From: Fonticula alba ATCC 38817
Lineage: Eukaryota > Protista > Nucleariida
Strand: one strand, 5' to 3'
DNA: 64,000 bases
NCBI GenBank assembly: GCA_000388065.2
Contig: KB932208.1
A model generated the notes under the pieces. It was given only the letters and a program-made list of their open reading frames with translations, did not search any database and was not told the origin of the DNA. Of this stretch, positions 34,627 through 46,400 are shown one piece after another. A program made the translations under genes and the position numbers. Each line of letters opens with the position of its first letter. Positions within the stretch are counted from its first letter, which is position 1.

Positions 34627-36043
34627 CGGCACGCGATACTACCCGGGCTATTCGGCCACCGGGAGTGGGGTCGACTTTGTTTCGCCGGCACCTCCAGCCT
34701 CGGCAAAGAGCCATGCGCAGGAGGCCGGCCCCGAGCACACCCCCCTGGTGTATCCGGCGGAGGGGATGACAGACGCGCATGAGCCCAAGCACGCCAGCGA
34801 GGCCGATCGCCGTCGTGCGTCATTCCGAGATCTCCTCACGCCAAGCTCTCCCTTCTCGCCGGAGCACATGGCCGACCTGGGGAGGCTGTCGGCGGGGCAT
34901 CCTTCCAGCGCAATGGGGGCCGGTGGGCCTTCGACGGGGATGTCGCCGGACCGGTGGTACCCCATGTGCACGATCAACCCGGCGGGTCCGGTGCCGGTGG
35001 CGGTCTCCCTGCACGAGGGGGCCCATGGGCATCTAGCAGGCCCAGCAGGGACCTCGGCCCCGGGACCAGGTGTGCACTATCCACCCCGGCAGCAGGAGCA
35101 GCAGCAGCAGCAGCAAGTGCACTATCAGCACGCTGCGAATGGGCACATGCCCCATTGGCTGGACGCCTCGGCCTCGAGGGAACCGTCGCAACAGCACGCT
35201 CCATCCCAACATCAGCCGCAGCAGCAACAGCAACAGCAGCAGCAGCAACATCATCAACACCACCACCAGCACCAACACCACCACCACCACCACCAACAGC
35301 AGCAGCACCACCATGCCGAGGCGGCCAACAAGGAATTGAGCCCGCTGCTTCATGCGCGCTCGGGGTCTTTCGAATTTGAACAGGCGCCGGCCGGCGACGG
35401 TGGGCAGTTCCACCTGGAGGCCGGGCACCGGCTGACGGTGTCGACCCTGGGAGGAGCCCCGGAGACCGTGGCAGACACCCCGGCCGAGGAGGGGCCGGAG
35501 ATGGGGGGCGCCCAGCTGCACCCGATTCCAAAGGCCTCCATCAGCGCGAATGGGGCACTGCCGGCCTCGCCTACCGGGAGGGACTCGATGGGCAGCTGCC
35601 CGTCCGAACCGCAGCAACGGTATGCTGCTTCGCGGCACCACTTTTCGCAGCCATGCTCGATGTATCCCCCGGATCATGGGGGCCATTATGACCAGCAGGA
35701 GCACATGCGGCAGCCTCTCCAGCACTTCCTGTCGGGGGAGCAGCAGCAGCAGCAGCAGCAGCGGCAGCAGCAGCAGGATCGGGACCCGAAACAGCCGCCA
35801 ACCGGTGACTCGGCTCCCTTCCCCAAGATGATGGAGCCCGGGGCCCCGTCAGCAGTGGTAGCTCCGGGGGATGGAGGGGACACCAGCAGCTCGGCATGTG
35901 CCACCCAGGCTGGGACCTATGCCCATGGACCGGACGTATCTATGCCCTCAGCGAACTCCCAGAACCAGCAGCGCGTATACCAGCAGCCGGTCTACCAGCA
36001 TCAGCACCAGCCGCAGCACCACGAGCCAGAGATCCGCCTCTGA
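32688..36043 (+). CDS. C2H2 zinc-finger transcription factor (two fingers, USV1/RGM1-like) with poly-Gln/His C-terminus. Model join(32688..33936,34259..34313,34477..36043)
   Basis: [62 protein letters not shown] donors at 33937 (phase 1) and 34314 (phase 2) with CAG acceptors at 34258 and 34476 join the finger ORF in frame to the Q/H-rich ORF 34496..36043. Confidence 0.8.
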
Positions 36044-36075
36044 GTCTAAGAGAAGGGCGGGGCAAGGGGGCGACA

Positions 36076-36106
<31 letters not shown>

Positions 36107-37935
36107 CGAACGAGCGAGAACGAGAGGAGGCCGAGGCGCTCTCTCACTTTTTGATGTCAATTTTGCAGGGGGCAGACGCGCCTGCGGCTCTCCCGCACGC
36201 AGCCCGACGCGCACACATACACACACACAAACACACACAAAGGCACATACACACATGTGCAAATGCCCAACATGTGTCCCTGGCCCGGCCCGGACCTAGA
36301 ACAATAGAAAATAGAACTTGAACTTTAACACACATCCGCACACTGTTGAAGGTGTCTGCAGGGCACCAATACTCGCCGGCAGGGGGAGGGGAGGCCGGGG
36401 AGGCCGGGGGAGGGGGGGGGGGGGCACAGGACGCTCACGAAGGTCCAAGACTCCCATGAGGTGGGAAGTGCGTGAAGTTACGGAGCGGGGGGCGGCGGTA
36501 GCAAGGCAGCGAAGAGGGGGGGGGGGCGGAGGGCCTCGGTAGGATGGTCGGCGGTGTTGTCTCCACACAAGACCGCGGGAGGGCAGGGGTAGGAGAAAAC
36601 CGTCGCCGTCGGGCCCCCCTCCCCCACAACCTAGGCCCGGGCGAGGAAGGTGAAAAACAGCCGGAGGAGCCTACCAAGACCGGACCCCCCTTCCCGAGGC
36701 AGGCGGCCCTGGGCCGAGAGACGGGCAAGTTTACGGCTCTTAATTATATTCCGGTGATTGCGAAGCGGGTGACTTGCTGCCGGCTGGATTCCCTCGTCCG
36801 GAAGGGGCCTTTCCTAAGTCGTTATTCGACACGTGCCCGCTCTGGGGGCGTGTTCTGTTCGAGGCATTCGGGGTAATGGTGTTCCATTTTAAATCTCTTA
36901 TTGAAATGGGAATATTCTGGGAAATTCAGCCGACCGATATGGGGGATGTCATGACTCATTGGGCAAGGCGGCGCCCGAGCGCCCCGGCGCAGTACAAGGA
37001 GGATTAATCTGTGCGTTTGGAGGTGGAGCACCGAGCCTCCCTCCATCTGGCAGGCCGCCGAAATAGAAGGATCTCGGGGGGCGGACAAAAGTTGAGGAGG
37101 TCCGAGAGCAGAAGAGAGACAGAGAGAGAGAGAGAGGGAGAGAGTCAGAGGGGATGAGATTGGGAACCACGGCGGGCGGAGGCGGCCCCCTCGTCGGCTG
37201 GGGGAAAGTCGAGTGTCCGCGGGAGAAAATGGCGGTGGAACTTCGGGAGCCTGCCCCCGGAGCCAGCACGCCAACTCCCCTCGGCTTGTCCGCCTGTTGC
37301 CCTTTCCTCCCCCTGACCCCCCTGGGGTTTGAGCCGGGCGAGTATGAGCCAGGGGGCCGGCGGATTCACAACGGAGCATCGGCCGGCCGAGGAATGTAGG
37401 GGTAAATAGAGGGCTGAATGCTCGCCTGCAGGCACCGGCCGACCATGTTTCCCCCTTGCCTGGTAGAGAGCCCAAAAGGTGTGTCGGGGACATTATCTTG
37501 CACCTCACTCGGCGCCTGGACCGGGTCCGGGAACTCCCCCCCCCCCCTGTGTGGTGCGCCTGGGCGCGGCGCCGAGAGCCAGGGCGGGTGGCCCCTGCTG
37601 ACTGGAAATCCGGTCCCTGTTGCTGGCCAGGCCAGCCTGTCACGATCGGGTGGAGAATCCCCTGGGAGGGGGGGGGGACCGGCGGCCCGGGCTCACCGAG
37701 AGCGCTGCGATCTCCCGAGAGCGTGTCCGGGTATGCTGGTTAAGAGGCAGCGAGACACGGAGCGAGGGCATGTTGGGAAGGAGGGGCGGTGTCTGCACGC
37801 GCATGTATGCATGGGTGGTCAGCAACAGCGGGCCAGCGAAGGGTCCCATCGGCCGGGAAGGGGGAGACGGGGAAAGGAAACACGTATGCGGGCGGAGCCT
37901 GGCTGTGGCTTGTCTGGCCCGAGGCAGGCCCTCCT

Positions 37936-37967
<32 letters not shown>

Positions 37968-37977
37968 NNNNNNNNNN

Positions 37978-38048
<71 letters not shown>
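37936..38048 (+). repeat. Poly-G tract interrupted by a 10-N gap
   Basis: Directly visible; N at 37968-37977. Confidence 0.85.
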
Positions 38049-41000
38049 CTGTTGTCAAGCGAGCATGCGGGTGGATTGAGGCTTGCCGGGCCGGACCGCC
38101 AGGGAGCGGGGCGTCGAAGGGGCGCTCTGCATCGGGTGCACACACACACACACACATGTTGTTGTGATCACTTGGCAACTGTCTCGAAAGATGGCCCAAT
38201 GCATCGGCGGCGGGCCGGTCGGCCGGCCGAGGACCAGGGGAATGGGACCAAGAGAGTGGATCGGCTCGGGCACGCCGGCGTGAGAGCGGGGCTTCCTCCC
38301 CGCTCGGACGAAGACCAAAGTGGCGGCGGCCTGCACGGTAGTAGGGCGGGCCGGGGACCTGCCGTTGCTCGGCCCATGCCTCGGTGTGCCCCGAGGGTTT
38401 TCCGGGGAGGAACGGGGGGAATTCATCGGCGCTCCGCCCTGTGGGGGCAGGGGCATCATAGAGAAAGCAAGGCAGAGGCCATGTCTCCTTCGACCTGGGC
38501 TCCTCGAGAGTGGGTGTGCCCAGCCAAAAAATGCGCTGGGGTTGCGGTCTTATGAGCATCCATCGTGCCAACTGCGGTCATCGTCCTCCGGGAAAAGGGC
38601 GCGCCCCCGCGCGTGCGGCCGCCACCAGCGACGGCAAGATCCTCGGATCTAACCCACGAATGCCGCGCCGGCGGTCCTCCGCGAGGGGGGGCGGGGCGGG
38701 GGGAATGCCGACCGGGGTGCGCAAGCGGCTGGGTGTGGAGTGCGAATCGCCGAGCGGGGGCGATGGACCGTCGAAGGGGTGTGTGCCAGTGGGCATGCCC
38801 GTCTTGCGGAGGGTGCGAAGCCGGGAGGGCCCTGCGGGGGGGGGGGGGGGGGGCCAGGGCTGCGGGTGCTAGCGTGTTGGCAAAGCGCCCCACCTCTCTC
38901 TCCCCCTGCGACCTTGACGCGCATGGTCGGCCGGCGCTCGGGTGTTGCGGCATCCCCAAGGACGAGCGGCGCGCCAAGGGCTCGAGAGGGCGGGCGGGAA
39001 ACCAAGCTCAGAGGTGTGTCACGACGGCCGGGGAGGAAGGCCAGCACGGAGGCACATTCACACGCAAGAGACGGGGGTTTGGGGGGGGGCACGGATGCCA
39101 TGCCGGGGCGAGGCCGATCTGAACAGGAACCACATGGGACCCCGGGGGAGCACTGGAGAGCGGTGTGGCGCGCGCGGACGGTCGCGGGGGTCGGGCGCAT
39201 GCGTGCCCCTCTCCCCCTCCCCCCGGGTTCTCCTCCCCGGCCGCCAGTCGGCCGACCGGCAGGAGGGGGTATCCCCGCAGATGACCAAGAATCTCCACAT
39301 TCAGACCCGAGCCTGCCCGGTGGCCGGCTCAACGGTCAACGTTCAGCCCGGGCTGCCTCGGGCTCGCTCAGTGGCAGCATCCCGGGCACGCTCCGGCTGA
39401 CCTGGCTGTTCTGAAAAAATGGAATGCACGTCCGGGCGGCAGAGAGCCCCCTTCGCGGGCGTGGCGCCCGGTCTTCGGGGTCTCGGGCCGCGCGTCCGGG
39501 CCCTCCCGGGGGAGCGGAGGCCCCCGCGTGCGCAGGGGCGCTCTGCCAAGTGCCCGGCCGCGCTGGTGCCACCGCGTCTTCCCGGCCGAAGGGCGAGCGC
39601 GACGAACTGGCAGAGCAGGTAGAGAGGTGTTTGCACGTGCATCGGTCGGGCGGATGCTCGGGGATTCGGCCGGGGCACCCCCCCCCCCCCCCGGGCAGGG
39701 GCCGCGCGGCGGGGGGGGAGGGGGGGGGGCACAAGAGGCGGAGGCATCCCGGGAACGACCGGAACCAGGGCCACGGGGACTGTCGGCACCGGCCTTCGGC
39801 CGGCGTTAAAAGCCGCCGGGCCGCGAGTCGGGCAATTGGAAGCGTCGCACGGCCCCAGGACCCCTTCTACTGACGTGGCTGAGAATATCGCTCCCTAGAG
39901 AGGGGACCGGTTTGTTGACAGCCAGATGCGGTGGAATCGGCCGGGCGAGCTGGCACGCCTTGGGGCGATCGTCGGGAGGGCGGATTGTTGGAGAGGGGGG
40001 GCGGGGGGGGGCAGACAGGGGCTTACGCCCCTGGAAAGGCAGGGGCGGGGCCGCTGCTGGAGGGGGGATCCTCCGGACTCCGGCGTCTCCGCGTGGGGCC
40101 GCTGCTCCCCGGCAGCATGCGGGCCATCTTGCCTGCGGGCAGAGATGAATCCTCTCGGCGGGTGGGGAACGTCCGGGGAGCTACCCGGCGCGCTCGCCGG
40201 CCCCCGGTTAGCACCAACGAGAAGGACAACCCCTGCGACCGGGGCAGTGAGCCCCCCCCCCCCCTCCCCCAACTTGGAACTCGTGTGCCGATTTCCGGGC
40301 TGGATTCCGAGCGGCCTCTGCAATGCGGCTGGCGCATTTAGGGTGCGGTGCCCGCGAGAGACTCCCGGGGGGATGGGGGCGCGTGAAGACAGGCGCCGTG
40401 GAAGGGATCGCGTGGCGGCCCCAGCACCCGAACACGGTGGGACCCGGCCTTCAAGCCGGGCGAATCGGGGTGCGGGGCCTCCGGAGGCGGAGGGGCGAAG
40501 AAGGTGGCGGCACCTTCAGGCTCACCGGCGCCAGGACGGGCCACACGGGACACCCGCGCCCAGCGGAGAAGACGGGGGGGGGCGGGGGGGGGGGGGGCCA
40601 GGCGCGTGGGCGCGCAGGTACACAGCCAGGAAGCTCGGAGAGTGTGTCCTCCAACGCGCGCGAGCGGGCCTCGTTGAGGCTTGCGGGTCTTAAACGGGGC
40701 CACCCCAGCCATATCGGCCCGGGCATGCGGCGCTCCCGGGTCGGCGTGAGCCGCGCGCCGAGGGGCGGAAGGCCCTCCCCCGCCATCACGGCTCGGGTCT
40801 GGCCCTCGTAACGAGCGGCTGGGGCGGGGGCGGAGGGGCCAGTCGGGACGGGCTGGTGACGGAGGTCCCCGGCAAAGGTCCCCCCCCCCCCCGGCCCCAG
40901 CCCCGGCGGAGCCCAGGGGTAAAAAGCGGGCCCTGGTCCAGGATGAGCTCCGTACGGGGGGGGGGGGATGCGCGGCCCCGAGCCCGCACCACATTGACAC

Positions 41001-43477
41001 GGCCACGCTCGTCGCCGCACGCCGGCACCATAAAACCGGGGTGATGCGCAAGAGAGCGAAAAGGGTCTGATCGGACACGGCCCCAGAAGGGCTCGACATC
41101 GCAGGCTCGTTCCAGGGGTCGTGTGGCCGAGGGGCGCGCCTGGGAGGTGTGCGGGAGGGGCAGGGCGGGCACGGCCGCTCGGCTCTCCCGGGCAGCGCAG
41201 GGTGCGTGTGCCCCGGGCCGTCGCACTCGGAACATAGGCCAGTAGTTTACTTCGGCCGGCCGGGAGGCGCAGGCGCGGGGGGGAGTGGGGGGGGTACACC
41301 GACGCGCACTCTGGCGCCGGGCGACTGCCGGCCCCGATGCCCGTCGGGGGCGCAGGGGACGGGGCGCGGGGGGGGGGGGGCGGCGCGACGCGGGCATGCC
41401 CGTCTCCCAGGCCGGCGGCCGCCTGTTTGCCGCGGTGGTTTGTTATTATCCCTCCCCCCCGGAAAGGGGAAAAATTATTAATCGTCTAATAATGAATGTG
41501 ATATATTCTCGGCTGGGGACGAAGTAGCAGCACGCCGGCTGTCCGGTATAACGACCGGGGCGAGAATGGCTCATCCTGGCGAAGGGGGGAGGCCGGGCGG
41601 TCCCCGGCACTCACACGAAGAGCGGCCCTGGCTCCACGTTTCGCCGGAGGGGGGGACCTCGAGTGTCCCGCTCTCCCGGCCTCGCCCTCGACCTTGGACC
41701 GGAGCCTTGCGCCCCGGGTCTCCTTCCGCCTCCGGGAGGAGGGCGGAGAGGGTGTCCCTTGCGTGTGCAGGGCTCTCGGTGGGGACCGAGTGAGCGGGCG
41801 CATTCTTCGCCTGGGAATGTCTCCCGCCTGTTCCTGGGCCGGTGTTTCCACCGGTGGAGGGGGGGCCCTGAGGATAGGGGGGGGGGGGGGGGGGCCGGCC
41901 TGTCATGCGAGGCGGGCCCCGCCACTCACCGCGAGGGATGCGCCTTTCGGCGCGTGTGCGGGGGGGGGGGCGGCGGGGCGTTCGTGCCTCACCTTTTTCG
42001 TGTGCCCCTAGGGAGAGCCCACCGCTGCGTGGGTCATTCTCCCCGGGGAGGGGGGGGGAGAAACGGCGCGGGCGGACAAGGGGCAATTGTTTTTATCTGT
42101 GGTCTCAATGGGAGCCAGGGCACCGTCCGCCCGGACAGGCGTCAAGGGCTGCGAGTGCGAGTCTGCGCGAGCATGCGCGCGCCGGCGGCGCCCCGTTGCC
42201 CTGTTTCACGCTTCCCTGACCGATGCTGTGCTTGCTCGTTTCCGGCGGCCGCGCGTCCCCTCGCAAGGTTGATACCCGGCGCGCGCGGACCATTCCGTCG
42301 GGCACGCGAATCGCTCGAGTCCTCCCCGGGTCCTCGCCCCTGTTGCGGGAGGCGACCTACGTTGGCGGGGCGCGGCATGCAAGGGCGGGCGCACAGGAGA
42401 GGGGTAGTCGGTAAGGGGTATATTATTGCGCGGGTGCGGAGGTCCACCCTCCCCCCCCCCCCCCCCGGGGGGGGTAGCTGAGAGGGGGCCGAGCGGCGAG
42501 AGGCCGGGGGGCGGGACGGGACAGAGGGGGGGCTTGTCGGCTTCCAGCCGCCCGGCTCCTTCTTCGCGCCCCTCTCTCCATCCCCACCTGGTACTTGGGT
42601 TGACGCATGCATGCGGTCCGCGGGGCCCTGTTGCCTGGTGTGTGTGTGTGTGTGTCTGTACATGTACTGCCCCCCCCCCCTCCCCCAAACACCCCTCATC
42701 TCTGGGCCGCGCGCGTTGCCGCAGTTCCAGGGGCATATGCGCGGGACGCAGGCGGGTGGGGGACGGGGAGCCACCAAGGAGAGAGGCGCACACGGGGGGG
42801 GGGGGGACAGGGCGCAGTCGTGTCCCTCGCCTTCTTTCCCTCGAGGCGTCCCCCCAATTTGCCTCTTCCAAGGGGCTTTCGGTGGTGCCTGGAGCGCCTG
42901 GCATGGGTGCACGCGTGTCCGTGAGGCAGGGAGGCGCCGGTGCCGGCCTCTCGGGGTCGGGATGTTCGCCAGGACCAGCCCGGCCTCGATGCCGTGTGCC
43001 CAGGGGGGTCACTGTCGAACCAGCCCCGGCCGGAGGCCTCCCGGCCCGGTGAGCCGGACCCGGACGACCTCCTCTCCCTGCCGGCCTTCAGCAATCTCGG
43101 TGCGTGCGGGCGGCCGGGCCGGGCCCTTGCTCCTGGCCCTGCCCCCCCCCCCCCCCCCCCCCGCCTGGGGAGGAGATATATGAGGACCCGACCCGGCTGC
43201 GGAGAAGGCATGGGACGGTAACCCTTTTTTAAGAGCTTTCTCCTGGTGCGTCTCCCCCTGCTGCGAGTGGGAGCGAGAGCCCTTTTTTTTGCCACCTTCT
43301 TTCTTCTCACCCCCTTGTACGCGTGTGTGTGTGTGCGCCCGACTTTCCCTCCTCCCTAACCCGTGTGCCTTCTCGCCATTTCTCTCTCTCTCTCTCTCTC
43401 CAGTTCCCCTCCCCCCTCCCCTCCCCCCCCCTCGCACCCCCCCACCCCTCCTCTCGCCTGCCGCGCTCTTCAGAATC

Positions 43478-46400
43478 ATGAAGTTCCCGCGCTGGGCCAC
43501 CCTGTGGGCGGTGCTGATGGCTATCTTTGCCATCGGCCTCCTCGCCCCGACCACTTCTGCCCAGCAGAAGTGTGGCCCCAACCACTGTTACCCGGCTGAG
43601 TGTAACGGTCACGCCACCCAGGTGGACTTTGTGTTTGTTTACGACTTCTCCGGTTCCATGAGCCCCACCTGGAACAACCTCAAGGCCGTCGTGCACCATT
43701 TCTTCGACGCGGTCTCCCGCGACAACATGGACGCCACCATCACCATTGTCGGTTATGCGTACAGCAACTCTAAGAACACCCTCCCTCGGATTGCTGTTCC
43801 CACCACCGCCATTACCCCGGGCAACCTGCAGTCCTTCAAGAACTCCTTCGACACGACCACCTTCCCTGGTGGCTATGAGCCCGGTCTGATGGCCCTGGAG
43901 CTTGCCTCCAAGGGTCACACCTACCCCGGCTTCAACATCAATTTCCGTGATGGTGCCCGTCGTGTCTTCGTCCTCTTCACCGATGAGGACTCCGATCCGA
44001 ACACCCTCTACGGTACCAACCAATATGGTGCCTTCCCCACTCATCCGTATGAGACCTTGACCTGCCTCAGCCGGAACACGGCTCCCGCTTCGGATAGCCG
44101 CTTCGTGGCTTCCAAGATGGAGATCGACCGTGTTGGTGCTCACCTGGTTCGCACCGACTCCTTCGTGCACTTCGTCGTGTCCGATCAGACCCCCAACAGC
44201 ATCTACCGTTGCTTCTCGCGCTTCCAGTTCGGCTCGTCTGCCATCAACTACGGCAACAGCAACTTTGTGGACATCTCTTCCGTGTCTGCTGCCCTGGCCA
44301 ACGATCCCCACGCCAAGGATTCGCTCCAGGCCTACATGGTCAACCGTGACATCCTGTCTCGCACCTGGAACATCGACAGCACCACCTCCTCCGGTTCTGG
44401 TACTGCCTTCGTCAACACCATTCTGCAGGCCATCCAGCAGTCTGTCGGTACTTGCCAGGACTGCACCGAATACAAGTGCTCCTCTGGTGCCAACAAGGTC
44501 TGCCTGTCGCCTGAGCACATTTGCGATTGCGCTGGTGTCCGCCACGGCCCTCACGTATGTACCTTTTTTTCCCTCTTCCCTTTCATTCTTTTTGATCCTT
44601 CTTTGTTGGGTTTTTTTTTTGCCACTTCGCCATTGGGCCGCCTGGTTTCTCTAACGACTGCATATACTTCTCTTGGACACATGGGAAATGTGCTTCAACA
44701 AAAAAACCCCATCCTCTCCTTTCCTCTCTCTCTCCCACCGATGGTAGGTTCGTGATTGCGAGAACAAGTGTGTCCTCCCCCAGAACGCCAAGGTCGTGGA
44801 TTGCGCCGGTGTCTGCGGTGGTACCGCCACTCTCAATGGCTGTGGCTTCTGCGCTCGTGATGATGCCGGTTGCCGCTCCGATTGCCGTGGTCGCACCTTC
44901 CCCAACGTCGCTCCCCCGGGCGTCGTTTCCACCGTCTGCCCGAGCTGGATCAAGCCCGAGGACATTGCCTCTCTCTACACCGAGGTCGTGATCGCGGCTC
45001 GTCTCACCTTTGCCGGCACCTCCACTCGTGATATCACCTCCTTTGTGTGTGAGTGGTTCAACAAGCACAAGCGCCACCTCACCAGCACCCAGGAGTGCAT
45101 CTTCGACGCGGCCAAGTACGCCAACGCCGCCGGTGTCAGCGTCGATTCCGCCGCCACCGAGTTCATCAAGCTCGACGGCTGGCGCCGGTTCAGCGGTGTC
45201 TGCCGCAACGCCCCGGTCAGCATCATGGCCCCGCCGCCTGATGCCTGTGGCCAGTGCCGTCAGAACCTCTACGAGCCTGCTCCCTTCTGCCAGCTGGGCT
45301 GCAATGGCCAGTATGCCACTTCCCAGGCCGCCCTCCACGAGATGGACAACTGCAACTCTTGCGTCGGTCCCGACGTGAAGGCCGCCAACCCCAACACCTG
45401 GCGCGATCTCAAGAAGGACGACTGCGGCGTTTGCAATGGCGGCAACAGCGCCAAGAACCAGTGTGGCGTGTGCTTCGAGGACAAGACTCTGGACGGCTGT
45501 GGTCAGCCCAACTGCAAGAAGCTCTTCTGCTCGATCGATTGCAACGATGTCCCCTACACCGCTGTGGACCTGATGCAGCACCACATTGACCCGTGCGGTA
45601 ACTGCGTGCGCATCCGCAACCCGGATGGCTCCGACTACATTGTCGAGGGCAAGCCCCAGCTCCGCCATCCTCGCTGCCTGGACGACTGCATCGGCACTCC
45701 CTACATGAAGGCGGAGACCTGCGATGATGCCCTCACTCCGGCCGATGTGCTTGACACCCCCTCCAAGCTGGACTCCTATTGCCACAAGGCTGCCAGCCAC
45801 TGGACCAACCCCTGCAACAAGTGTGTCCCTCTGGAGGCCACTTCGAAGGCTTGCGTTCGTGATTGCGCCCGCGCCTGGGGCGGTGACTTCTTCCTCGACA
45901 AGTGCCAGGTCTGCCGCAACCCGGCCGACAAGGAGGAGGACCATGAGGATCGCTGCCTCTTCGATTGCAAGAACACTCCCTACCTGGAGTCTGCTGGCAA
46001 GCCCCATGTCTACACCATCTGTGGCCATTGCGTGGCCAAGGACTCGCCGCTCCTGGATGAGCACATTGACTCGTGCGGCCGGTGTGTCCTCAGCCCGGGC
46101 TGGAATGCCGATGATTGCAAGAAGGACTGCTCCGGCGTCTTCCGCCTCGTGACCGACCCCAACGCCCATGTGCTGGATTCCTGCGACGAGTGCCACAACC
46201 CCAACGATCTGTCCAAGTACAACCGCCTGCTTGATGAGTGTGGTCTGTGTGTTACTCTCGAGGATCTCGATGAGAATGGCCAGACCCCCCCCTCGGCTGG
46301 TGCTATTGTTGATGACCTCGGTGTCTTCTGCGGCTGCAAGCCCAAGGCCCAGCCGGTGATGCTTTCGCTGGCTTCCGGCTCTGGCTCCAACAATGGCCAT

